62,945 bases of DNA, filler included, from Octopus bimaculoides (GCF_001194135.2; 5 parts of 5 records of this genome joined end to end with filler, not necessarily neighbours in it), one strand, 5' to 3'; shown: positions 25,795-39,771, counted from the whole stretch's first letter. Notes: generated by a model not told the origin, from the sequence alone. Program-made: numbers and translations.

Positions 25795-25796
<2 letters not shown>
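25550..25796. promoter_or_regulatory. Small CpG-rich island, candidate promoter / first exon
   Basis: High CpG density including a (CG)n run at about 25696-25707 against an AT-rich background. Donor-like CAA|GTAAGT (+, 25791) and TCA|GTGAGT (-, 25681). Confidence 0.5.
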
Positions 25797-25833
<37 letters not shown>

Positions 25834-26089
25834 AGAGAGAGAGAGATGTTATTAATTCATAATAGAATATAAGGATAAAAATCACGTTAATGATTTTTAT
25901 CAGGTTGTCAGTATGCTATAAAAGTTTATAGGCAATTTATACATTAAATTAATAATGATATACATATGCATATAATTATAATAAGGGAGCAAGGGTACAA
26001 TGGGTAAATTGTCGTCATTTTATAGTTTTTAATTTCATACAGGCACATTATTTGTTTTTGATTTTGTCCACTACACAGTATAGTAGGAT

Positions 26090-26874
26090 CAGTTGGGCAC
26101 CGTCTGTGAGAAAAACATCACCATGATGCAATTCACTCTGCCAGAAATTTAAAAACGATATACTTTATTGCTTGGCTTTCGCACCGGAATCTCCCATACC
26201 AACATTTCAGAGTGTTTGGGTGTCAAACTGAGGACAGTGCAAACTGAGGACATGTACCGAAAGTGATAAAAATCAAACATCCAGTCAACGTCATGGTATT
26301 TCGACTGATCACTAGTGATGGCGGCGTTATGTTTCCCTTCATCTTCCCACACAGCCTCAGTCTCAATACGGAGACCTATATCCAGTGGAGCAGGTAGTGC
26401 TGCTCTGGTCAAGAGGGTGGCTGCTGGAAGACCTTATGTCTGGAAACAGGACTCTGCATGATGCCACACATGCTGGAGAACCCAGTCATGGATTTTAGAC
26501 AATTTCTGTGACCACATCACCCCTAACATCTGGCCATCTAACTCTCTAGACTTCAACCCCTTTGATTATTATGTGTGAGGCGCAGTTGAGCGAGAGACCA
26601 ACAAAACACCAAAGATGAACTGAGGCAAGGATTATGGCAGCATTCACCAACTTAAACAAGGAGACCGACCAGAAAATTTGCAGGAGATTCCGAAGTCGTC
26701 TGGAGACCGTGGTTGAAGCCAATGGCGATTTTATTGAATAAATGTACGGTTTAGTGTTTCAAGATATTGTTTGTTATTTTGGTAAATTTGGTAAATATAT
26801 CTGTTAAAATGAGATGTCAGTATTATTTTCATTTTTGCATAATTTAGACGGCAGTTTATTCACCGCACCCTGTA
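26090..26874 (+). mobile_element. Decayed Tc1/mariner element, probably DD37D (maT-type), with right TIR
   Basis: Frameshifted transposase remnants KHPVNVMVF..ITSDG, GRPYVW.QDSA, IWPSNS.D.NP.DYYV, RRFRSRLE.VVEANGDFIE* (stop at about 26741). TIR ...GACGGCAGTTTATTCACCGCACCCTG followed by TA. Confidence 0.85.
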
Positions 26875-26904
26875 TATATATATATATATGTGTATGTGTG
26901 TGTG

Positions 26905-26938
<34 letters not shown>

Positions 26939-28258
26939 CGTGCGTGTACGTGTATGTATATATACATGCATGTATATTCATATATATACATTTATACGTA
27001 TATATCCATGTATACATCTATATAAATAAATACATATTTACATGCATATACATAAATACATACATACAAACACACACACACACGCACACACACATTATGT
27101 ATATATAATATATATATATATATATATGCGTATATGTATTAGTGCTTTCATCATATGCCAAAGGTAATGGATGTGTATTAGAAAATGTACAGCTCGTGAG
27201 CAGAGGGAATTTAATTATCCCATGAAAATTCAAACCCTATCCGATACAGCACCATTGGTAAATTGAAGCACAAAAGAAGGATGATCGTATTTTATATATA
27301 TTCTAAGTCACTTATAGCGTATAAATGTCATAAAATCCGGCATCGTGCATCATTTTTCATTTATCCAGAGGATATGAATGTAATTTCCAGGAAATTAAAC
27401 TCACTCGTGATAATGGATTATTTTTTCGCAAATAGTTTTTGGCATATGAATTGTCAAAGATAGGCATATGTCATTGTTAAATTAGCTATTATTATTGCAT
27501 ACTCATTGTAACTTATAACTTTTTTTTTTATCTTTGCAATCATTGAAATATGCCATGAATGCTTTCAGCCTTTCTGTGTATATAACTGATGAAAATATTA
27601 ACGTATAAAGCAAAACTGAGGCCAGAAATTTATTTATCAGAAAGTTCTGATCATGGAGTACATATTTACAAGCCTTTGTAAAATACATATTTTGATTTCT
27701 CATATTAGCGTAAGCCCGAAATTTAAGTAGTAATTACTATGTCAAATTAATACAATATTAGTTAGTAGTAGCAGAGGAAGTAACATGGTCCATAGAGAGC
27801 CAAAATGTTGGGTATGCATAAAATCGGGCGATTTGATTAAGCAAGTGTTTGGTATTTGTTTTAGTTACAAACCTGGTACCAATAGCATCGACTTTAAAAT
27901 GCTGAATTTTTAATGAAATTGGACTAAAGATAATATTGTAACATGTTCAGTCTGGCGCCCTTCTTTCAGTCATTTCCAACTCGTTCAACTGAGCAACAAC
28001 AATTGAATGAAATGGTAGAAAGACAATGGTTAGGTTACTGAGTAGTTAGCCGTCACGTTGCTGGGCTTATCTTGTCACTGAGACTTCGTGTTTCCTTGGT
28101 GAGTGAACCAATTCATCAAGCTATGAGTAGGCTTTATAGGAAAATGTAATAATCTATTTAGCTGTACATAGACATCAAATGGTAATAAAGTCTACCTAGT
28201 TGTAAGTAGGAACCTCAATAAGTTTCACATCTAAATGTAAGTCCAACTATAATATATA

Positions 28259-29158
28259 TACATGGTGGTAACAAAAAAAATTCTCGGACTAGTTCTGTAG
28301 CTCTCTAACAGATGGCAGCACAAGGCTGTGTGTGCAGTGAGAGCTAGCAGTGACCTTCGTGAGGCAATGCACCGAGTGACATTGCTGTGTTTACTTCGCA
28401 AGTTGCGAAATTTGTGCTTTTGTGATCACGTGTATGCTGTAGTCTGCGATTTCGTCATAGACGGAAAGTTGGAACAAAGAGCCAACGTGAAATTTTGCGT
28501 TAAACTTCGGAGTCTGATACAGAGACATTGAACATGCTTCGGCAAGCTTACGGCAACGTGGAATTGGATCGTACGCAATGTTTCGAGTCGCACAGGCTCT
28601 TCAAAACGGAAAAACGTCCCTGTAAGACCTGCCATGAGCGCCAACCTCGGAAATGTGGAGAAAATTCATCACCATGTGCATGAAGATCGTCGGAGGACAA
28701 TCAACGACATTTTAAAGCGTTTGAGGGAGGATATTCGCCGAAAGCAACCGGATCTGTGGAGCGCGAAGAATTGGATTCTTTATGACGACAGTGCACCTTG
28801 TCAGCGAGCTCTCCTCATTCGTGAGTTTCTCGTCCAAAACCACATGGTATCACTTCCACACCCACCCTATTCGCCGGATTTAGAACCTGCGAACTTTCAT
28901 CTCTTCCTTAAGATGAAAATGCAACTCAAAGGTCACCGTTTTAACACCGTTGTCGAAATCAAAAGCGAATCGCAGAAGGTCCTCGACTCACTTACGCAAA
29001 ACGACTTCCAGGCCGGATTCAAACGTGACAGGAATGCTGGGACCGGTATATTGCTGCATAAGGTGACTATTTCAAAGAAGATGGTGTTAAAACTTAGGTA
29101 AATAAGTTATCGTTTATAAAACATAACTAGTCCTGGAACCTTTTGATATCACTTCGTA
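28259..29158 (+). mobile_element. Internally deleted mariner (DD34D-type) element with both TIRs
   Basis: ORF 28634-29101 contains WILYDDSAPCQRA, HPPYSPDLEPANFHLF and LKGHRF. Upstream remnant EQRANVKFCVKL. Degenerate TIRs share TTC.(C/A)GGACTAGTT, with TA flanks. Confidence 0.9.
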
Positions 29159-30172
29159 TAGTAAATTTAAATGTAAGTTGATATCGTAGCAAATGCACAA
29201 TATACCTAAATGTAAGCAGGAAATAATGGTTTGCATAGCTCAAAGCAGAAATTAGCAGGAGTACCATAGACCAGATGAGAACCTTCGGATCAATTTCAAT
29301 TCGGAGGAAAATTTAATCAGCAAGAAAAACTACCTGCTATAAATATACAGATGGAGATATGTGTCTTATTTTCTTGAATCTATAGAAACCGGAGATAAAC
29401 ATCTCTCTTCTAGCTAAAAGTTTCTACTAAAGTATTGTAGGAATTAATCTTAGTCTACTTGCGGTTATGTAATAGCGTAAGAAGTTTTACTTAATTTTCT
29501 CTCTGTTTCCTCCCCCCGCTCCCTCTCTCTCTCTCCACTCCTGACTCTCTCCGACTCGATAATAAAATGGTCTTAAAAACACCAGACAATAAAACAAACA
29601 AATTAATAAAAATCGTTTTATCCCATATGTTGTTATTTCTTGTTCATTATATACTTTTCTCAACGAATCATTAATTTATTTAAAGAATTCATTTAAACAT
29701 CCTAAGCTATGTTTAACCTGGAAGGATCATTAAATCTCTACTTAGTGTTGCTAGGCAACCATTAACACCATTTTCCTCACGTAATTTTGGAATGAAGTAC
29801 CTTTTAAAATTTTCCCCATATTTTAACTATTTTTTCTCCATGTTTTAATTTTGTTCTGGTTTCCACTTAACACGAAATTCTAATGGAGCATGGAATAAGA
29901 GAACTCATCCTGAAACAGCTTTAATTCCCGCTAAAAGCAACCAACTGGTCATTAATTAAAGACATCATGTTTTCAAAAGATTCTGTAAATCAGGTTTGTA
30001 ATTGATAAATATTTACTAAATTCGGTTACTCTCCGATTTGCAGGTGAATAAATTAGAAAGAATCAGAGTGATAATTTAGGGAATATTAATTTCTGTTGGT
30101 TCATTAATTTATTCCAGTATATTTTGTGTACTATGACATCAAGTTACAAAACATACTAGATTTATACATAGT

Positions 30173-30206
<34 letters not shown>

Positions 30207-30336
30207 NNNNNNNNNNNNNNNNNNNNNNNNNNNNNNNNNNNNNNNNNNNNNNNNNNNNNNNNNNNNNNNNNNNNNNNNNNNNNNNNNNNNNNNNNNNNNN
30301 NNNNNNNNNNNNNNNNNNNNNNNNNNNNNNNNNNNN

Positions 30337-30383
<47 letters not shown>

Positions 30384-30389
30384 ATATAT

Positions 30390-30431
<42 letters not shown>

Positions 30432-31841
30432 TGATTAATAGATTGATAGATAAGCTGATAGATGAGTAGAAAAATACATAGAAGGATAGGCAGGCAGATA
30501 GATAGCTGAACAGACAGACAGATAGACAGATAGATAGATAGATTTGTAAGTATCCGTGTAATCAACTCTATGGAGTGAAACGCGTACGATTACAACCGAA
30601 CGGTGTTTGTTTTTAGGGCAAGGTTATATACAAATCTGATGTCCTTAAGTAAAATGAAAAAGCAAGGCATCGGCGTGGCAATGCATATCCTTCGCGCAGA
30701 CAAAATTTTCGCAGTTTATAGTATGGCTTACAATGCGTTGCTTACCCATGCTTTTTAATTGAACTGAATAATTTATAGGTATTTATACTTCGGTGATATT
30801 AAGAAATCAACTCGTAAATAAACGAAACCCTCGAATCCATCACTGTAAACACACACACGGTCGCATATTCACACACTGTCGCATATTTATGTATGTAGTT
30901 ATGTATGTTAGAAGATAATCAAACCAGATTTCCATCATTTCGTGCCATTCACTCAATGAGCATTTCTGCCAAATTTAGTGAAAATTCGTTCAGTCGTTTT
31001 CCAGTAATTTTGAAATCACACAGACAAACAAAGACGAGTGATTACAATACCCTGCCTTCGCTTACACGCGCAGGGTAATAATCTCTGCTACCATCTCATA
31101 GTTTACGTTCGAATCTGATCAGACAAACTGTGCACGCGCGCTTTGCGTGTTCGTGTGGTGTGTATGCGTGTGTGTATATGTCCTTGTACTTCCAATATTT
31201 AAGCAAAATTTAATATCTCATAGCTTGGCTGTTTCTAGTTTAATTAACATGGTTACATTCGAGTTATCGTGTAAGACAAGATTTGTACAGCTATGAAGAA
31301 AATAAACCAACGTGTGTATGTTTGTGTGTGAATGTATTCGTGTATCTTGTGTACAATTAGAAAAAATATGAATGGAGTTGAGTTTATGTATTTATTCAAT
31401 ACCTTCTTAGACATTTTATATTAATGAATTAATATGTTATTTAAAGTGATACCTTATAATCATATTGCATCAAATTATTAAAAAAATTCCGGAGGAAAGT
31501 ATCTCAGTTATAAAACTCCGAGGATTTGATGATGTAATTTAAATGTAAATTGAAATTTTGAATAATAGATCTATTCATAAACGAAATGGGAGTAAGCGTG
31601 GGTTAAATATGTATATTATCTCCACCTGTGTTCCTTTTCAGTACATAATCTGTGTTCATAGTATCGATGGATAACGACAAAATACTTTAAAAAATATTCA
31701 ATCACTTTCTTCGGACGCATTTTACGAACTACAAAGGAATAAGTTCAAAATTTCGATCGCATGTCATGCTTCAAATACCGAACTACACAAGTATATACAC
31801 ATACGTATGTCTATATATGCACATTTTTTACATCTCTATCA

Positions 31842-31907
<66 letters not shown>

Positions 31908-31995
31908 TTGTCTGTCTGTCTGTTGTCTATGTATGTATATATATATATATATATATATATACATGCATATATACATACATACATGTATACATACA

Positions 31996-32690
31996 TACGG
32001 TACCGCGAAAAAGTCTTCGGCCACTTCAAACTATTGTAAATTTCTACTAACTGGCAACTTATAAGTAGATGTTTCGCATTGCGTCTTTTACAAATGCAAC
32101 ATTGGCCCTGTTGGGGTCATTTCCATACTTAATCATATTTTCTAGTTGAGGTTCTGAATGAGGGGAGAAGATGTGATACCACCACCAGAAATGGCTGTAC
32201 AAAAGTTTTCGGACACCTCACACAAACCAATCAAGATGCAGTGTTTAAAACAGAAAAATGTCAACAATGAAAAGTTATTACATAATGTTAATTTCAAGAG
32301 GTTACTGTACAGTTTTAATAATTCGTGTGGCTTCCCTTTGCTTGAATAATTGCTTCAATGCACTTGCGAAGAGATACGTACAAATCCTTCGCCATCTTCA
32401 CAGGTATGAGATGCCATTCTCTGTGGGTGAGCTCCCACTACTCTTCAAGATTGTATGGATTCTTCTGACAAGCTGTTCTCTTTATTTCTGTCCACATTTG
32501 CTCGATGTTACTTAAGTCAGAGCTCTGAGCTGGTCAATCTTTCAATACGGTAGCACCTTCATCAGCGAGAGTCTTGAATTGCACGCGATCTGTGGCAGAG
32601 AGCTCCGTCATGCTGAAAAATCTCATTTTCATCCAAGTTTGGTATCAAATTGCGAGAATTTGTCAGAAGGCTTCCACAGACGTACACATA
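31996..32690 (-). mobile_element. Tc1-type (DD34E) transposase 3' fragment and terminus
   Basis: The minus strand reads FQHDGALCHRSR...(W)PAQSSDLSNIEQMW.EIKR...IEAIIQAKGSHTNY*; TIR-like end TACGGTACCGCGAAAAAGTCTTCGGCCAC. Confidence 0.85.
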
Positions 32691-33241
32691 TATGTATATA
32701 TTTATGTATATATTTATACATACATACATACGCGAATGTGTGTGTTTTTGTGTGTGTGGTTACTCTGGCAAATACATCACATTTACTTATTCAAAATTCA
32801 CGTTCACTATCACCAAACAGGATAAGTGCAATACGAATGTAGTCTGTACGAATCAAAATATAGATTTAGGTTTGATTACAATGTAATGAAGTAAGCATCT
32901 ATCCTTCATCGGTTTTCAAAATTGAATATTCCAAATGTTAAATCGGTTTAGATGATACTATCATTTCATTGATTCACTGCTTAACTGGATATTTAAAACA
33001 GATGATTGCTACGTCAAAGCATAACAAAGCTGTATCAGCATAACATTATCTGTGAGAAAATTGGCTTCTTCAATTACAGATAGAAATTATCCATTGGCGG
33101 TTTCAAAGCAATGGTAGAAAAAATATCTGTTCAAGATGCCACATAGTGGAAGCTAACTCAGGACATTATTACTGAAAAGTAAAATTGTTTAATCAATCGA
33201 CCTTTCTGTGTTCTAAACATGCACTCTCTCTCTCTTTCTCT

Positions 33242-33295
<54 letters not shown>

Positions 33296-33636
33296 CTCTT
33301 TCTCTCTTACACACACAGTCGCAGGCACGCACACTAACACAGTCGAGATTAAATTTTTATGCAAGCAGTCATAGAGTGTTAACGGGAGCAGGTCTTCCTC
33401 GCACGCTAAACTGGACGTTTTTTCCGAACTCTTTTTCTGTTTCTTTTTCCTTCATTAGTTTCAACTTGTTATTCATCACATTTATTCACTTGTTTTCCAT
33501 TCTTTGGCCTCTTCTACAATCGTCTGTGAACTGTTTCAAAGCAAATACTATCTAAACTTTGTTCCTAATGTAATACAAAATCATGTACATGCATATATGC
33601 TTTAATACATATATACATATGTATGTATTATATAAA

Positions 33637-33676
<40 letters not shown>

Positions 33677-36000
33677 ATATTAGATATACATATATAAAGT
33701 GCGTGTGTATGTATGTATGTATGTATGTATGTATACGACCCCAAAAGCACAGTTCTTGTTATCAGTTTTTAATTGCTAATTGACAAACGATGTTCTTTGA
33801 AAAAAAAAATGCTTCGTTGGAAAACCACCAAACCGTAAGGCTTAACGGCAGCCAGCTTTCAAAGTTATGTGAGAAGACAATGCTTTTGTGAACTGAATTT
33901 TTTCAACAATTTATTTGCCTACTGTTAAAGAGTTTGTTGATTTTCCGATAATGACGTTAAGATGTTTTGTTTTCAATACAAAAATACGCTTTTGGAATTC
34001 GTCCTACAATTCTTATTACATTATTGAAAATTTCTCTTTCTAACAATGGTTTTTGTTTTTTATTATTTTGTTTAAGAGTTTGGTCAGGGCAATGGTCAAT
34101 TGATTTGGCTAGTTTATGGCTTCATTGATATTTGAACTTCCAGTTTACACTTCGAAAGAACTGACTATTTTATTTAATGATGTAAGAATGTTATAAATTA
34201 GATCATGTTGCTGTTGTTATTAGTTCCACGTGAACCACATTTGAACTAATCATTCAACCGTGACTATACCATCGTCCCAGAAGTATGTGAAACAACATTA
34301 TCAAGTGTAACCTTTTCTAATATCAAATGTTAGTGCATGATTTGAAGGACATTTGGCAGCTGTTTTTAATAGATCTAGCGACAACATTGATGTATATATG
34401 TATAAGTATAACGTGTGTATAGAGTATATATAATCTCACCTACAGTCGTTTTACCTCATTTAACAAGACTAAAGTTGTCTGAAACATGTAAAGTGTCCAG
34501 ATTTAAAGTGTCAGTAATTCATATAATGTCATTAAGGTTACAATATCTTTGTCTCGCTATAAATTTCACTGTCAGTTAACCAGAAGATAGAACTCATTAT
34601 TGTAGACAGAAGGAGCACTCGATTATGTATAACTAATAAAGATGAGAGCTGAAACTCTCTAGTAAAATTAATATCCATCTAAACACCTCGTATACGCAGC
34701 AATTGAAATGACGAATCCAGCTTTCATGATATTCAGTCACTATACTTTGTCCAATAGCTAATGGGAATGTATCCATCAGTTAATACAAGTTAAAGAAACA
34801 CTAACCAGTTATATAATGTTCTTTCTTACTTACAATAATGACGTGTGCATATATTCCAGATAGAATAACTGGGCTAACTGAAACATACATATTTACAGAT
34901 TGAGGAACTACGCCAATGAAAAGTTAATTTTTTATATTGGGCTTAGGTCAGCACAAGTTACAAGATACAAATTGCGAATTCATTTCGTGTCGATATTCTG
35001 ACTATCTGCAATCACAGTGAAATATCAAGTACGATCTTATGGCAAGATTTTTAATACAAAGTTACTGCAGTTATTATACCCTTCTAACTATAACTAGTGC
35101 CACTCATGTTAAGGCATCGGTTATCATACGTTTATTCGTATCATTATCAGCGTGTATGATTTCCAAATGTCTAGTTTCTTTGTTCCTACCGAAATTCATT
35201 TACTCTTTTGTGAATCTTCAAACTAATTCTTCATTCAACATGTGTTTTTTTTTCTTTTGTCTCCTCGATCCCACAATGTGACTTACAGGCAGTTCTTAAT
35301 TCGGGTTTCATGAAGTAATGAGACATTCCCTCCTAAATAAGATGTTAAACTCTCACATGTAAGATTTTCAAATTGATGTGATACTTCTGATCGTGAGCTG
35401 AACTGAGATAATGTGAAAGAAAGTTTTTTTTTTTTTCTGTATCAGAAATAGATCGGATCACTCCGCTCCGTGAGTAGGAAGTCCGTTTCGTTGTTCATTC
35501 AGCCATCTCACTTCAACAAATCATATATAATATAAATAATTTTACTATAAAAATCTCTCATTGAAACTCTTTTATTCCTTTCTTAATGTCTATAGGAATT
35601 TCGTAGATAAAATGTTCAGTTTTCACCTGTTCTCTATCTTGTCTCACCAAACTTTATTATACTTAGAATAATGACGGCAAGTGTAGGATACACCACTTCA
35701 TGTCCATCAATTAAATTGAATACTTTCGCTCTTATCCGAAAGTAAAGTTTGTGGCAATGATAAATTCTTATATGTATAATATCTTTATCCAGTTTCTGTG
35801 AGGAAAGAATACTATTTCTATTTCTGGACTGGTTCCAACTTCCTGTTTGCGAAAGTGGCTTGGGAATTTTCCTTTTAACATCACACAAAGATTTTCTTTT
35901 ATTGCAATCAATAAGCACAAAACTACGCATAGTGAATTAGTAATATATTTTCTATTGATTAGGAATTTACGGCAAAACACACGCGAAAACACACACACGT

Positions 36001-36037
<37 letters not shown>

Positions 36038-36289
36038 CACACATGCACATCCACCCACCCACCGCCACCACCACCCAAACGTTCTGATACAAACACAAAC
36101 AAGCGCTACGCACAAATACATAAACATACACATAGACATACTTATTTATTCACGCACACAGTCACATTCACAAACAAGTCTATAATGGCTTTGAATGTTA
36201 TAAACATGATGTGAAGATTCCTGGACTAAATGTTGCAGGACTTAGCATCGTCAACTTGAATTTGGAGTTCAGTTTCTGTTGGCGTCAAC

Positions 36290-36688
36290 TTGCCTTTCAT
36301 TTCTCATTTGTCACTCCGTCAGTTACGACGACGAGGGTTCCAGTTGATCCGATCAACGGAACAGCCTGCTCAGGAAATTAACGTGCAAGTGGCTGAGCAC
36401 TCCACAGACACGTGTACCCTTAACGTAGTTCTCGGGGAGATTCAGCGTGACACAGAGTGTGACAAGGCTGGCCCTTTGAATTACGGGCACAACAGAAACA
36501 GGAAGAAAGAGTGAGAGAAAGTTGTGGTGAAAGAGTACAGCAGGGTTCACCACCACCCCCTGCCGGAGCCTCGTGGAACTTTAGGTGTTTTCGCTCAATA
36601 AACACTCACAACGCCCGGTTTGGGAATTGAAACCGCGATCCTACGACCGCGAGTCCGCTGTCCTAACCACTGGGCCATTGCGCCTCCA
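36290..36688 (-). mobile_element. tRNA-derived SINE family C
   Basis: Head GGCGCAATGGCCCAGTGGTTAGG...GGTTTCAATTCCC has A and B boxes and is followed by a non-tRNA body. Related heads lie at about 13630-13715 (-) and 56341-56490 (+). Confidence 0.8.
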
Positions 36689-36876
36689 CTTTCATTTCTC
36701 AATAGCTGTTAGAATAAGTATCAGTTATATACTGGATTTCATCCAGTCTGTCATAGCAAAAGATGATGTTGTGTTTTCAGTAATCAATTAAGATACGATG
36801 CCGACTAGAATAGGGACACTTCCTTGCTGAAAATCAAATTGCACACCTCCAAATGACCGCGTAGAAAGAATAAAAC

Positions 36877-37448
36877 TACGAGGGTGAGTCAAAAAGTAAT
36901 GCCATTTTGTTTAGGACAGATATAATTACCAACACGGGAACACGTATCATACATCAAAATGAAGCTAGTCCTCTGTGGATCACATCCCTACTTCTCAACA
37001 TAGTCACCGTTTCTCTCAATAGCAATGTTCCACCTTCGAATGAGAGTATGTATCCCTGCCCCGTAAATTTCTGTTGACTGTTCTTTGAGCCACTTCTTCA
37101 CTACAGTTTTCACTTCCTCGACACTGGAATAATGTTTGCCTCTCAAACCTTCTTTCATGGGGAGAAAGAGATAAAAATCTGAAGGCGCTAAATCTGGTAA
37201 CGAGGAAGTGAAAACTGTAGTGAAGAAGTTGCTCAAATAACAGTCAACAGAATTTTATGGGGCAAGGATACATGTTATCATTCGAAGGTGGAACATTGCT
37301 ATTGAGAGAATCAGTAACTATGTTGAGAAATAGTAGGGATGTGATGCACAAAGGACCAGCTTCATTTTGATCTTATGATACATGTTCCTGTGTTGGTAAT
37401 TATACCTGTCCTAAACAAAATGACATTACTTTTTGACTCACCCTCGTA
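36877..37448. mobile_element. Fold-back mariner derivative: about 245-bp inverted arms (each = right end + transposase C-terminus) around an 80-nt loop, TA flanks
   Basis: TA|CGAGGGTGAGTCAAAAAGTAATG...CACTTCCTCG (36879-37120) versus CGAGGAAGTG...CATTACTTTTTGACTCACCCTCG|TA (37201-37446). The minus ORF has PDLAPSDFYLF..MKEGLRGKHY...W...IERNGDYVEK*. Confidence 0.92.
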
Positions 37449-38616
37449 CAATATTAACTTTTACTCATTCAATGAATCAGAAAAGTTACTTCATGAAAAG
37501 TACATAGTTTCTTTTGATTTTTGACAAACAAAAAGATGTAGGGGGTGCATAAGTGATCTAAAAACGGTGCTGTAGTGGCCACAATACAAGTTCAATACCG
37601 CAATTGGGAGTTAAAATACTAGAACTCATTCAACTCGACTCATCTTGAGATTTTAAACTTCTGAGAAAACGCATTTATGAAAAGTATTGTTCGGATACGT
37701 TTGGTGATACAACTTTTACTATTTCGGAATGTAGTAGATGGTTAACTGCTACCACTGAAGATATTTGATATTATCAACATTAGTATGGCACTGGTATTTA
37801 TTTTGCGATATAAAAGGATAAAAGTTAAGTTGAATTAAGCAAAATTTGAAATGACTGTGTTGAGAGGTGACACTAGACTAAAAACTAAAAAAAGTTCAAG
37901 GCACTCTTTTGCTGGAACAGAGTATATTTCATGGATTCCAACTATATATAGCATATTACTGGCACTTCTTTAAATTATACTAAAGAATAGATAAGAGTTA
38001 AAGGAAAAAATTGGAAAAATTTCAACTGAAGATAAATAAAGGAAACAATAAGACATTGAGGCTTTTCTTTTTCTCTCACATCATTTTCTTCAATATTTTA
38101 GTAGATTAGTCCCTTATTTTTGTATAAGGTCACAAGATCTTAAAAGGGAATGCAGTCAGTTTAGTTTATGATTGAGACATATCTTAGTAATTCCGATGGT
38201 ATGAAAAAAATCGATCATGGCGGAATTTGAACTCAGAACATAAAGAAATAAATTAAATATTGACTTATAATAAAGGTACACGGTAGCAAAGTTAGAAGTA
38301 AGGAAAAATCAATTAATATGAACTTGATTGAGAACCAAACGGATGAAAATCAGTAGAGGTACGATTAAGCTCGGAACCTAAACAGACGTAAGGCTAGGAA
38401 CCTAAAAGAACATAAAACATTTTCCGACATCATACCGTTTCTGGCATTCTAACACCCTCATGACGTTTTCCAAAAGGAAAACTTTTTGTTGTCGAAGTAA
38501 GCATAAAATTGGTAATATTGGTTGATTGTAGACCTTCTGTATTGTTCTACTGTAGGTAGATATTTATTAGAACATTTATAGTAGAATGTATTTTGGAAGA
38601 AATTGTTTTCTATAAA

Positions 38617-38730
38617 AATTGGAGCGTGGAAGATGTTTATAAGCCATTTAAAAACACAAAAAACTGTTAGATTCACTTCTAACGTTTTTTTGTGTTTTTA
38701 AATGGTTTATAAACATCTTCTATGCTGCAA
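38617..38730. repeat. About 48-55-bp imperfect inverted repeat with 6-nt loop
   Basis: GCGTGGAAGATGTTTATAAGCCATTTAAAAACACAAAAAACTGTTAGA-ttcact-TCTAACGTTTTTTTGTGTTTTTAAATGGTTTATAAACATCTTCTATGC. Confidence 0.85.
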
Positions 38731-39551
38731 TTGTTTTTGTTTCAGCACACGATTTCAGATCAGGCCGCTTGCTATGCAAGTACATCTCCGTAATTGTTTT
38801 CTATAACTGTCTATAAATTAAATAGATTTCCAAATTTATACTAAGAAAGTAGGATATACTTCTTATATACCATTAATTTCACATACCCTTGTAATAATCA
38901 AACTTCCCTTTAACTAAAGAACCACTTTATTATTTGATATTTTTTGCTCATAATGAAATATAATGTCTTGTTCCTCTGAGCAATATGTCTATGGTTCTTT
39001 TCTTCTTTTTCTCTTCCGAAACTTTAAAAATAGAAAAGTTCTCACGACTTGACAGTTTTATAACACGCTGTCTGAAGACCATAAATTAACTTCCATGACA
39101 CTAAAACTAACAGACTGGCAATCGGACAGACTTTTATATTAAGCTATCACATCTGATGAGGCACATTATAATAAGTATGACGTCAATATGTTTTCCAATC
39201 TATTATATAGATTCTCCTTGTTCTATCTGTAAGCTCTTTCGATTCATGCATGTCAGTAGAAGCTTATTCCGAACACATGCTCCAGAAAAAGAATCTGCCA
39301 ATATCACAGATGACACAATAGATGGCGTACTGGGTAAAAGAAAGAATAACACAGGTTTCGTTTTCATTAAACGGCACTTGAATTTCAAATAATCTGATCA
39401 GCCCAACTGATAAATAGAGAAGAGGAAAAAGCAACATGAACGGCAGTAGTTACAAAAATTCAAAGTATTTATTGTGTTTGATACTCTAGTGATTTCGCCA
39501 ATGCCACAATCTAAATTTTGTTCGGAAAAGCCGTTTGATATATATATATAC

Positions 39552-39771
39552 ACACGAGGAAGTACTGAAAAATTCCTGTCTGTGGACAAAAGAGAGTACA
39601 GGAAGACCAATTAATTATGATTTTATACAACGTATTCACCTCTCAGATTCACACACTTATTGCAGTGGTCCTTCAGTTTTTCTAAGCCCTGTAAAAAAAA
39701 AAGCTCGGAAGTTTGGGCCAACAGCTAAGAATTTTGTGATACCCATGAAGCTAGGAACATTTGAGCACCCC

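Noticed and set aside
27970-28028. Possible 59-nt plus-strand exon (TTCTTTCAG| ... ATG|GTAGGT) downstream of the CpG island
   Set aside because: Splice-like signals alone are common; there is no independent support.
28634-29101. 155-aa ORF as a functional or domesticated transposase
   Set aside because: Most of the N-terminal and first catalytic region is deleted, catalytic motifs are altered (DDSAP, EPAN), and the C-terminus is frameshifted.
35867-35879. GGGAATTTTCC NF-kB/Rel-like site
   Set aside because: An isolated short motif with no associated gene.
36615-36688. Apparent tRNA gene
   Set aside because: The A/B boxes are present but there is no proper acceptor stem or terminator, and the sequence continues into a repeat body, so it is a SINE head.
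39156-39392. Exon-like blocks on both strands near 39200-39340
   Set aside because: Candidate splice sites exist but there are no recognisable peptides or partner exons, so they cannot be supported.
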